IMG/VR virus record: IMGVR_UViG_3300002242_000171
Coordinates: 1-54,063 of that record
Source: a virus
Taxonomy: Duplodnaviria > Caudoviricetes
Strand: one strand, 5' to 3'
DNA length: 54,063 bases
In this document: positions 1 to 8,397 of the stretch, piece by piece
How the letters are laid out: each line of letters opens with the position of its first letter
Numbering within the stretch: position 1 is the first letter of the stretch
Program-made: the position numbers and the translations under genes
The notes under the pieces: generated by a model
Database searches by the model: none
What the model was told of the DNA's origin: nothing
The model's input: only the letters and a program-made list of their open reading frames with translations

Positions 1-114
1 AATCAAAGCTAACGTTATCGTTTGCGTTTAAAAAGTTGAGTGTTTTTACTGTGCCACACTCACACAGCCTTGCACATTAAATTTTCAATATCCAGTCGAT
101 ACCAGTTCACCCCC
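1..114 (-). ncRNA. ssrA: tmRNA (transfer-messenger RNA), 5' portion; truncated by window edge
   Basis: Minus strand reads GGGGGTGAACTGGTATCGAC (typical tmRNA 5' end GGGG...TCGAC), then an H-type pseudoknot PK1 (CTGTG/CACAG and TGAGTGT/ACACTCA), then TTTTAAAC|GCA AAC GAT AAC GTT AGC TTT GAT = resume codon at 25..23 and tag ANDNVSFD. U at -5 and A at -4 match E. coli U85/A86. Confidence 0.93.
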
Positions 115-123
115 GTGAATATT

Positions 124-225
124 CTAACATTTTCCTGAACAATTTACACATGAGCAGCAGCCACAACAGCAGCAACAATGATTGTCGTTAAATAGATTTG
201 CTAATTTGTGTAGTATTTTTTTCAT
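124..225 (-). CDS. 33-aa poly-cysteine small protein MKKILHKLANLFNDNHCCCCCGCCSCVNCSGKC (not in ORF track)
   Basis: ATG at 225 preceded by GGAGG with 7-nt spacing; TAG at 126..124; 10 Cys in the last 17 codons; fills the gap between primase and tmRNA. Confidence 0.75.
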   Translation of the reverse strand: MKKILHKLANLFNDNHCCCCCGCCSCVNCSGKC

Positions 226-237
226 CAGAAATCCTCC

Positions 238-1179
238 TTATAGATTAATGATTTCATTAATTAAATAGTCGTATGATTTGATAAATGTTGCATCTTCTTT
301 TCTCTTTATAAATTGATCTCGCGACATTTCGCCAACATCGTTATATGGAAGAATGTTGATTTTATGTACTTCAATATCATATTCTAATAAAAGCTTTATG
401 ATCCTCAAAGTTTTTCTGTCAACATCTGGATCCAATGCAATATAAACTGGCGTGTCATTTTTTACAATTTCTTGGAACAATTTTGAATGCTCTCTTAAAG
501 TTGAACCAAGAATTGGAACTGCATTGTCTCCAGCTTTGATCGCATCAAAAACGCCCTCGACCAAAATCAGATCTTCGTCGAAGTCAAGATACAGCTCATT
601 AAAAATAATATCTTTGCTGGCTTGTGGATTTTTATACTTTCTCCAATCATCTCCATAACTTCTGGCAATGAAGAAGTTTGCTTTTCCACTCAAGCCAAAT
701 GAAGGAACAATAATTCGAGACCCAAAGTCTCCATCATCACAATAACCAATTTTCCACTTAACAATATCTTGTTTAAAGATTCCTCGACTTTCCAAATAAT
801 TTAAAGGATATAGAGATGTCTTTGGAAGATTTTTGTTTGCAAGAGATGCGAATTCTTTTGGCAAATCAAGAGTTTGTTCTTCTTCAACGAACTTATCATC
901 TTGCAGTAAAACTTCTGCGAAAGTCGAGACATCAATTTGTTGTGTTAACTGGCCCCATTCTTTTCGCTCTTCGTAGTTTCCATACTTACGAATTAAACGG
1001 TAGATTGATCGGCCGGCATATTCACAAACCCAACACTTAAAAACATCGCGCTCAATATTGACTGAAAGTTTATTTTTGTGATGATCACATTTTGGACAAG
1101 CGAAAAGAAGTTCGTTTCCAGCTTGATGATAATATCCTAAAACGTTTCTTAGGATTGAACGCTTTTTTCCGTCTGACAT
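238..1179 (-). CDS. DNA primase (zinc ribbon + TOPRIM), phage type
   Basis: CPKC...CWVC zinc finger; YLESRGI; RIIVP; TOPRIM LVEGVFDA and ALDPD. Start likely ATG 1179 (MSDGKK); the track extends to 1206. Confidence 0.9.
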   Translation of the reverse strand: MSDGKKRSILRNVLGYYHQAGNELLFACPKCDHHKNKLSVNIERDVFKCWVCEYAGRSIYRLIRKYGNYEERKEWGQLTQQIDVSTFAEVLLQDDKFVEEEQTLDLPKEFASLANKNLPKTSLYPLNYLESRGIFKQDIVKWKIGYCDDGDFGSRIIVPSFGLSGKANFFIARSYGDDWRKYKNPQASKDIIFNELYLDFDEDLILVEGVFDAIKAGDNAVPILGSTLREHSKLFQEIVKNDTPVYIALDPDVDRKTLRIIKLLLEYDIEVHKINILPYNDVGEMSRDQFIKRKEDATFIKSYDYLINEIINL

Positions 1180-1688
1180 ATATACCCTGCTTTTGCAATC
1201 ACCCAACTGTCTGCTTTATCAAAACAGTACGGTTTTGGATTGCCATGCTTAGTATATTCTATAAGAACAGACGGTACATTGTCAAGAACATAATCTATAA
1301 CAACTTGTTTTGCCTTGACACCTTTAGGTATTTTGATGCCACATTTTTTTCTTGCGGAGGTCGCTGCGACATATTCTGGTATTATATCTAGAATCGAATA
1401 ACATAGCCAGGATACGATTCCATTAAATCGAGAAAGAGTCGAAAGAGTCTTTGCTGATGAAAAGCCACTTCGAAAACTTTGTAAAGATTGTTCTATATAA
1501 ACAGCCTCTAGATGAAACATATCGTCTAGTTCCCATATTCTATCTTTAATAAAATCAGACTTGTCAAACAAAGTAGGAAAATACTTTTTATTGCGCATAT
1601 CCCAAGCTGTACAAAAAATAACTTTACCATCTTTATCTAAGACTGTTGCGCCAGTTATGCTCGTACTAATATCTAAACCTAAAATCAT
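1149..1688 (-). CDS. RuvC-like Holliday junction resolvase (RNase H fold)
   Basis: N-terminal ILGLDISTSITG, VYIEQ and C-terminal DKADS acidic catalytic motifs. Confidence 0.85.
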   Translation of the reverse strand: MILGLDISTSITGATVLDKDGKVIFCTAWDMRNKKYFPTLFDKSDFIKDRIWELDDMFHLEAVYIEQSLQSFRSGFSSAKTLSTLSRFNGIVSWLCYSILDIIPEYVAATSARKKCGIKIPKGVKAKQVVIDYVLDNVPSVLIEYTKHGNPKPYCFDKADSWVIAKAGYICQTEKSVQS

Positions 1689-1694
1689 ATTAAC

Positions 1695-1703
1695 ATTATA
1701 TCA
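1695..1703 (-). promoter_or_regulatory. Putative sigma70 extended -10 promoter (TGnTATAAT) for a probably leaderless resolvase-primase transcript
   Basis: TGATATAAT ends 6 nt before the resolvase ATG; no SD; sits at the boundary of structural and DNA-metabolism genes. Confidence 0.5.
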
Positions 1704-2843
1704 ATAATCTAGTTTAAGTTTAAATGTATAGTTATCGTTTTCTTGTTTACGGACCGGAGTGGCTACTTTGGCAATTCCAATTAAATTTTTATCTTTATCG
1801 AAAATGCCAACTTTAGAAATAAAAGTTTGTTTTCTAAATTCTGCATTATGCCCTGAAAAAGAACTGCTAATTGTATTCGCGATGGGTCTTTGTGTTTCCT
1901 GAAAATTAACAGAAGAAGTGCTTAAAGTACTAATATACTCGCTATCTTGAAATTCTGCATAAGTAGGATTATTCGAATAATTTAATTCACCTGCGGGGGC
2001 GTGTGCCAGCATTGTTATAATATTTGTTTTGGTCACTCCCTCAGCTTTAATTTTATAACTTGCATATGGAGTTAACATAGTTTTGCGCGCAAATGTATTC
2101 CAGCGGGGAGCAATTGCGCCGGCAGCATCAGATAAATATTTTGCATCAGTATAACTCGGACCTTCTGAAATATCCCAAGATCCTGTCAAAACTATTATTC
2201 CCTCGTTATATAAAACGACACCAGCCACCAAACCCTCGTGATCAGAAATAGTACCAGAAGATTGAATTAATTCTCCATTTCTGTTTTTATCTGTTAACTT
2301 GCCGATCAAAGATCCGGTGATATAAAAACATAATTCAACAGTGCCTTTCTTGATTGCGCTTCCGTAAAAGATAGAAGGAAAGTCAACTAATGTCAATCTT
2401 TGAGTTGCTTTATCACCCATTGACGATGAAAAATTATAATGAGAACTTAAGTATTTATAATAATTTAATGTATTTTTTAGCGCATCGATCTGGAGACGTG
2501 CGGAATCTGTGTTATATACATCTGTTGTTAAGGTCGCAGTTAATGGATAACTTCCTGTCATTAAAGTTCCCATATCCATGGCAGCATAAGTATATGAACT
2601 TACTCCTCTAAAAGCTTCTAACGACGAACCTTTCGGAAGAAAAGGATAAATTAAATTATCAGCAGCTCTGTTGACATTTAATTCATGTAAGTTGATGTTG
2701 CCAGCCGGCGTATTCGAATTTCCATCAGATTGATCTAAATTATTATAATATGCCCACTGGCCATAGATCCAAAAATTAAACTCAGGATTTAATTCAATCG
2801 TGTTTACAAAGACGTCATTTTCTTGAAATTCATAATAAGGCAT
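1701..2843 (-). CDS. Virion structural protein (baseplate/tail-collar-like C-terminus), paralog of 2855..4024
   Basis: Ends NYSNNPTY...FISKVGIFDKDKNLIGIAKVATPVRK...KLDY; shares the IKKG and GVVLY-G blocks with its neighbour. Confidence 0.65.
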   Translation of the reverse strand: MPYYEFQENDVFVNTIELNPEFNFWIYGQWAYYNNLDQSDGNSNTPAGNINLHELNVNRAADNLIYPFLPKGSSLEAFRGVSSYTYAAMDMGTLMTGSYPLTATLTTDVYNTDSARLQIDALKNTLNYYKYLSSHYNFSSSMGDKATQRLTLVDFPSIFYGSAIKKGTVELCFYITGSLIGKLTDKNRNGELIQSSGTISDHEGLVAGVVLYNEGIIVLTGSWDISEGPSYTDAKYLSDAAGAIAPRWNTFARKTMLTPYASYKIKAEGVTKTNIITMLAHAPAGELNYSNNPTYAEFQDSEYISTLSTSSVNFQETQRPIANTISSSFSGHNAEFRKQTFISKVGIFDKDKNLIGIAKVATPVRKQENDNYTFKLKLDY

Positions 2844-2854
2844 ATTATAATACC

Positions 2855-4024
2855 CTAGTAATCTAATCTAACTCTAATTGTTATTTCATTTGAAGGATCT
2901 TTACGGAGTGGTTCCGAAAGTTTCGCTGTTGCCAATAGTTCATTATCTGCTGAATATAAACCAATGGTTGTCACATATGAAACCGGTAGATCCGTTGATA
3001 CTGTTTTTGTAACAATTTGGCTAGCAGATAGATATGTCGGATTTGAACTGTAATTAAATTCATTATTGTTTAATCTACAGAAATAGATTGTAGAATTTAA
3101 TTCTGTAGTGTTATTAAAGTCGATGCTCTCGACGCGGTGACGTAAAGCGTCGCTGGCGCCAGAAATAGAAGACCCGGTAAGAAGAGCATTAATGGTTCCA
3201 GCTCCTTCGCCAAGTGCATTTCCGCCGCCGTCATACATAATGACATTTTCGCCCAAGCCCAAGCCGCCGGTGTCTGAAGCTCCGGTTAAGAAAACAGAAG
3301 CTGTTAGCACAGCAATGCCGGCCTGATAAAAAACCAAACCTGCCGAATCGCTAGTTTTAGGCTGAGCGTCTTGTGGTGTGCCGCTAAGGGGTGTGCCAAC
3401 ATGATTTGAAGCATATAAGATTCCATATTCGCCAACCGGTGAATTCACATAATAGCCGCTACTTCCTGAACTATCATTTAATCTTATTTGTTTTGCGAAA
3501 GTTGTTGCTGCTGTCGGGGTCGCATCATAATAAGCGGCACTAACGCCTAAATCTAAATAAAAACTACCTTTCTTAATCTCATCTTTATTGAGAAGTCGTG
3601 CGAAATTAATAAAAACAACTTCATTCATTTTGCCAGCGCCATCTGCCAAATTGCCATCGATGTCGAATCTTTGAATTTTTCCACTAGAATCATGTCCCAT
3701 TAAAACTTGAGACATTTGATTATATAAATTAACTTTATTTTTCTGTTGTGTTGCGCTAAATGGCGAAGAACTGGACAGTGCCGAACCGGTTGATAAACCA
3801 ACTGCTAAGTCCATAATATGATTAGCAGAAGAACTTAGGTAAGAATAGTCGTAAACAGCCTGAAACATTCCATGGGAAAAATTTTTAATATTAGTTTCAG
3901 TTGCCGTACCACCTTCGTTATAAGTACCTGATAAGATCGTGCCAGTCACTGGTATTGCTTCGTGCAATAATGTTCTAGTTGTTGTCTTGTCGTTGTTTAC
4001 AAATGTTTTATAAGTGCTTGCCAT
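2855..4024 (-). CDS. Virion structural protein, paralog of 1701..2843
   Basis: Ends FNYSSNPTY...YVTTIGLYSADNELLATAKLSEPLRK...RLDY; rich in Gly/Ser/Thr. Confidence 0.65.
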   Translation of the reverse strand: MASTYKTFVNNDKTTTRTLLHEAIPVTGTILSGTYNEGGTATETNIKNFSHGMFQAVYDYSYLSSSANHIMDLAVGLSTGSALSSSSPFSATQQKNKVNLYNQMSQVLMGHDSSGKIQRFDIDGNLADGAGKMNEVVFINFARLLNKDEIKKGSFYLDLGVSAAYYDATPTAATTFAKQIRLNDSSGSSGYYVNSPVGEYGILYASNHVGTPLSGTPQDAQPKTSDSAGLVFYQAGIAVLTASVFLTGASDTGGLGLGENVIMYDGGGNALGEGAGTINALLTGSSISGASDALRHRVESIDFNNTTELNSTIYFCRLNNNEFNYSSNPTYLSASQIVTKTVSTDLPVSYVTTIGLYSADNELLATAKLSEPLRKDPSNEITIRVRLDY

Positions 4025-4041
4025 TTTTATATCCTATTAAA

Positions 4042-5079
4042 TTAAGCTGTCTTTTTTAGAAAACGAATTGGAATATCAACTCTGTATCCTGTTGTTACAC
4101 CGGTTACTCTTACCGTTGAATCAATGTATTTGAATGTGCCTTGAAAATCATTCGCGGGAGGGCCGCCTGTAAGTCCAGTAGCTCCCCCTAGGCGGTCAAA
4201 CAAACTTTCGCTCGTATTTAGCTCTAGAGAAGCCTTTATTCCAAATCCAATTCGGGAGCCGCGAGGGCCGGCTATAGCAGAATTGTTGCCTACCGTAGAT
4301 GGGTCCTGTGTTAGTGCTTTGTAATTGGAATCAAAAAAAGCTGAATTATTATTTTTTGATATATAATAACTAGCAATTCGGTCATCGTCAACAAAATTAG
4401 GCTGAATTGTTGTCATCGAAAGTATTCCGGCGCCGCCGACAGCTCCAACAGACGCTATCTTTCCTAGCCTATCATCGATCTCAATAATATATTGATTTTC
4501 AATCAAATCAGAATCTAACTGAAAGGAAGCCGGAATATCTGTTGTATCCAATCCTTGATCCAAAACTATTCTTGTTTTATTATTATAATTTGGATTACCA
4601 TCTCCAACTATGATTCCCGTTACTCCATGAAGGGGCGCTCCGGCGCCGTCATTTTTGCATGTACTAGTAGTCTCGTCGACAGTTATAACATACATACCAG
4701 AAGAAAGATCATCGAATGCTGTTGCGGTAGCTCCGCTTTTGCCAAACGTGTTTGAATTTACAACTAGGTCATCGTCATTTACTAATTTAACAACCGGCAA
4801 ATAAAATAAATTATTTCTCGGTATTGTCATTAACTTATGCTTGCAAGAGCCAATATTGTTAGTAAATGCTTCCAAAATCGGTGTTGTCAAGATATCTAAA
4901 TCATAATAAGCTGATCCGGATGCATTATTTTTATCATATTTTCCATAATCAATCTCGTCATCAGCAACTGCAAATTTTGTAATTTTAAAAGAGCCATCGC
5001 CTCTCGCTAAACGTTCGCGGCCTAGGTCAGTTAAAACGGCGTCAAGAATAATGTCGCCTGAATTGTCTAAAAATCCCAT
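4042..5079 (-). CDS. Virion structural protein with tail-collar-like N-terminus
   Basis: N-terminus DAVLTDLGRERLARGDGSFKITKFAVADDEIDY resembles the start of P2 gpH-type tail-collar (DUF3751) domains; SD GGAG upstream. Confidence 0.6.
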   Translation of the reverse strand: MGFLDNSGDIILDAVLTDLGRERLARGDGSFKITKFAVADDEIDYGKYDKNNASGSAYYDLDILTTPILEAFTNNIGSCKHKLMTIPRNNLFYLPVVKLVNDDDLVVNSNTFGKSGATATAFDDLSSGMYVITVDETTSTCKNDGAGAPLHGVTGIIVGDGNPNYNNKTRIVLDQGLDTTDIPASFQLDSDLIENQYIIEIDDRLGKIASVGAVGGAGILSMTTIQPNFVDDDRIASYYISKNNNSAFFDSNYKALTQDPSTVGNNSAIAGPRGSRIGFGIKASLELNTSESLFDRLGGATGLTGGPPANDFQGTFKYIDSTVRVTGVTTGYRVDIPIRFLKKTA

Positions 5080-5111
5080 TTAAGTTCTCCAAATTATAAG
5101 TGATTTTAACA

Positions 5112-5136
5112 TAAATAGTGTACTACTTTAATTAGT
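5112..5136 (-). promoter_or_regulatory. Two copies of candidate phage late-promoter motif (ACTAATTA 5136..5129; ACTATTTA 5119..5112)
   Basis: Located in the longest intergenic gap of the structural module; related motifs occur at 8091, 26497, 26911 and 262. Confidence 0.45.
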
Positions 5137-5155
5137 CTTTCTTGTTTAATATTGA

Positions 5156-8071
5156 CTATTTTTGTAAAATTGGTTTTTTAAATCTAGTAAAGATGTCAAG
5201 TTTTCTTCCTGTTTTTTTCGAAACTAATCTTATTTTAAATTGATTATAGCTACTGTTTGTATTGTTTTCATCAAATCCAAAAACAGATTCTTTTTTGACT
5301 CCTAACTTTATTGTTTTTGTGTCATTGTTTAGTGTATCTTCTACATATTCTTTCAAAGAATTTTGTATTTGTTCATTATTCAGATCTAGACCGCCGGTGT
5401 CTGTTTTTTCATCAATAATTGATTGGCCAAAATTAGGCTTTAATCTTAAATATTTTCGAAAACTTGTGGCCGACTTATTTAAGTCGCGCAATTTTTTATT
5501 TAAATAATAAAAATGATCATGATCGTAGGTGTTTAATACAAAATATATTGCGCCCTCGTTGTTTATCGCCTGAAGTTCAAAAATATTTGTTGGATTAGAA
5601 AAATTCATTGCTTCCAAAGTATCAACATGTTTTTCATCTAATGAACGGAATATATACCAATATTTTGTATTAGGCGAAATATTATCCAAATATGACGGAT
5701 TACCATCTGCAGCGCTTAATGTCACTTTTTTAGACAGGCCCGGGTTGCCAAAATCAAATAAACTAGCCGGACCATTAGGCATTGTATTTTCCGATATTCG
5801 ATATAATTCAAAAGCAGAAACGTCGCCTTCCGATTTAAAACGAACTCCTCCACTTTTTTCCTTGGGAGTACTTTGGATCGCTGGAAAATCTGTTTTCTTG
5901 ATAGCGTCAGGTCTTAATACTATATCTCCTGTTCCATTTTGGAACATAATTAAAACTTCACGATCATTGTTGCGATATGGCACAAAATCAACAATTGGTG
6001 CCAAAGGCGGCGACTCATGTACAACTGTTTTTTTAGGCTTTACATATGGAATTTCTACTAATCTAGCAGATGTTCTATATTGAACATCTACTTCTACTTC
6101 AAATCTTGGGCGTCCCTCATCTGGATTTCTAATTGTTGGATTATCTTTATAGTTATACAAATTACCCAAGACAAATTGAATTGCAAAAATAGTATATTGA
6201 TATTCTTTGCCATAAACAACTTGTGTATCTATTATATTGGCATCGATTAATTGTGAGTCATTTAATACATAAAAATTCTGAATGAACGTTCCGTCCATAT
6301 CTCTTTTTTCAATTCGATAAAAAAGTGTTTCGTTATAACATGTTTTCCCTCGCATTATATCTTTAAAGCCTCTTGCTTTGCTTTTGGTGAGAGTGTCATA
6401 TAACGATAAAAATTTTATTTTTTTAATCAAGGCTGTCAAAGGATTAACCTGCAATAGATTAATATCATCATCAAAAAACTCTTCAGAAGAAATAGATATG
6501 GCCTTATCTTGCGCATTGGAAATTGTATTACTCAAGAAGCTAGTATTACCGCTGACCAACTCAATAGCATATTGAACAAAAAGATCAAAATCACAAACGT
6601 TTAAATCATGTGGAAATCCAGTAGCCCAAGTTTTTTCTCCGCTAGCCACATTATTGTCTATAATTTGCTCTTCCTGGTATGTATAAAATGATTTTGGTGC
6701 TTTGGATGATTGTATATAATATGCTACCAAAACATCGAAGAGGCCAGCAATTTTCAAAATATCTGCAACTTGAGTATTGGTATCTGTATTAAAAGTAACT
6801 TCATTATAAAAAGGAAAAGATCCTTTTGTGATATTGATATCATCTGTTTTTAAAGCCTCTAAGGGGAAAATAACATTTCGAAACTTCTTGCATGTATCTT
6901 TCAGAACTGGATCACCAGTAATTTCTAGAGATTTTTTTCCAAATACATCTCCCCATGTTTCATAGTATTCATTTCCAGATCTTCCATGAGAAACGCCGTC
7001 ATAAGCAGGATCTGTTTTTTCTAGAGCCCTCAAGATATTTCCCTCAAGTCGATTATTGAGAGTAGTATGTGTCGCATAATTTCTATCAACAGAAACATTT
7101 TCAACATTATCCATTTGTGATGAATTAATTGGATTATTTTTTTCTGCCAAAATTACATTAAAATTTGGAAGATATAATTCTAGCGGTATTTCATTATCGA
7201 CAGGCGATGAGAAGATTGACTCATAGGCCGGCTGATGGAAATTGTAATTTGATTCTAAATTTGTATATAAGACTTTTACTACACCTAATTCATCACTAGT
7301 TATACTATCGTACGGATGTAAAAACACAAATGGAAAATCATAATAACCATTTGCATTATGAGTGCCTAGTCCTAGTTTATGAATATTTAAATCTTCAACA
7401 AAATCTCTCCAAGCATCCGGCGGGAAACTTGATAAAGTAATTGGTGCTAAATAATTTGTCTTCTCCTCTAAGCCGCCCTGCGGGATCGAAATAATAAAGC
7501 TAGTTAATTTAGAATCTGTGTAAGAAGCGATCTGGTTTCCCATATCTGCAAAATTATAAAAAACAGACGCTTCAAAACGATCAGTGCTGATGTCTTTGTT
7601 TATTTCTATATGTTTGTTGTCTAACGCTTGTAGATTAGTGTTTAAGAATTCATATTTTCCAGAGCCCGAGTATCTATAGAAAAACTTGCCTAGATTATAA
7701 CGAACCAAATCTGCATTATATAATATTGATGAATCAAGATCGGTTTTAAATTTTCCGTAGGAAGGAGGCAAAGTAGGCAAGCCGACCAAATGAGATAGTC
7801 TTTGCAAATTTCCATCATGCACAAATAACGTTTCGTATCCTACCAAAGATAAATTTTTAAAATTAGACGCCGTAGTATTATTATTATCTGATGTGCCAGC
7901 TGGTGGCATTGGAGTGTCCTGGTCCGAACTTTGATCCCCTAAAGGCGGGTGCACAGTATCATACGCGCCGTTGTCTGCTGCGTTTTCTCCTTGAGTTGAA
8001 CCATCTTGTGCTGGCTGATTGACCGCATTCGTCATTTCTTCGACTAGGTTTTTTCCGTCTTCATTAAACAT
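5156..8071 (-). CDS. Large hypothetical virion protein (971 aa), possible Fn3/Ig-like C-terminal domains
   Basis: Long ORF in the structural module; PPLAP...FELYR...YLDNISPNTKYWYIFRS and DTQVVYGKEYQY patterns are Fn3-like. Confidence 0.55.
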   Translation of the reverse strand: MFNEDGKNLVEEMTNAVNQPAQDGSTQGENAADNGAYDTVHPPLGDQSSDQDTPMPPAGTSDNNNTTASNFKNLSLVGYETLFVHDGNLQRLSHLVGLPTLPPSYGKFKTDLDSSILYNADLVRYNLGKFFYRYSGSGKYEFLNTNLQALDNKHIEINKDISTDRFEASVFYNFADMGNQIASYTDSKLTSFIISIPQGGLEEKTNYLAPITLSSFPPDAWRDFVEDLNIHKLGLGTHNANGYYDFPFVFLHPYDSITSDELGVVKVLYTNLESNYNFHQPAYESIFSSPVDNEIPLELYLPNFNVILAEKNNPINSSQMDNVENVSVDRNYATHTTLNNRLEGNILRALEKTDPAYDGVSHGRSGNEYYETWGDVFGKKSLEITGDPVLKDTCKKFRNVIFPLEALKTDDINITKGSFPFYNEVTFNTDTNTQVADILKIAGLFDVLVAYYIQSSKAPKSFYTYQEEQIIDNNVASGEKTWATGFPHDLNVCDFDLFVQYAIELVSGNTSFLSNTISNAQDKAISISSEEFFDDDINLLQVNPLTALIKKIKFLSLYDTLTKSKARGFKDIMRGKTCYNETLFYRIEKRDMDGTFIQNFYVLNDSQLIDANIIDTQVVYGKEYQYTIFAIQFVLGNLYNYKDNPTIRNPDEGRPRFEVEVDVQYRTSARLVEIPYVKPKKTVVHESPPLAPIVDFVPYRNNDREVLIMFQNGTGDIVLRPDAIKKTDFPAIQSTPKEKSGGVRFKSEGDVSAFELYRISENTMPNGPASLFDFGNPGLSKKVTLSAADGNPSYLDNISPNTKYWYIFRSLDEKHVDTLEAMNFSNPTNIFELQAINNEGAIYFVLNTYDHDHFYYLNKKLRDLNKSATSFRKYLRLKPNFGQSIIDEKTDTGGLDLNNEQIQNSLKEYVEDTLNNDTKTIKLGVKKESVFGFDENNTNSSYNQFKIRLVSKKTGRKLDIFTRFKKPILQK

Positions 8072-8100
8072 ATTTCAGTACCTGTTTACTTAAATAATTA

Positions 8101-8382
8101 TTAAGTATAAGATTTTCCTCCAGAAGTATTTGAGTCGCTTTTTGTATTCGTATTTTGTTTTGGGGGCGTCTTAAGTTTCGAAGTATTCTGTTGAACTGTT
8201 TTATCTTTTTTCAAATCATCTAAAGTCTTTGTTGATGTCAACGTAGGATCCAAGATTATGTCTGCTGATATATCACCCAAAACTTCTCTCATTTCTTTTA
8301 ATTCTTTTGCGATTGTTTTTCTTTCTTTTTCTTTTGGTTTATTTGTTTTTGGTAATGCGATAGAAGGGTCTTTTTTTGCCAT
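8101..8382 (-). CDS. Hypothetical Lys/Thr-rich protein (93 aa)
   Basis: GAGG upstream of ATG; fills the gap on the coding strand. Confidence 0.6.
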   Translation of the reverse strand: MAKKDPSIALPKTNKPKEKERKTIAKELKEMREVLGDISADIILDPTLTSTKTLDDLKKDKTVQQNTSKLKTPPKQNTNTKSDSNTSGGKSYT

Positions 8383-8397
8383 TATGTTTCCTCGTAA

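Noticed and set aside
124-225. Cys peptide as a streptolysin S-like thiazole RiPP precursor (CCCCC core)
   Set aside because: No YcaO cyclodehydratase, dehydrogenase or transporter is in the window. The only radical SAM is 46 kb away inside a sugar operon and lacks SPASM Cys motifs. Cannot be excluded for the rest of the genome.
2844-2850. TATAAT upstream of the 380-aa gene
   Set aside because: It abuts the ATG directly, leaving no room for a TSS; probably AT-rich spacer.
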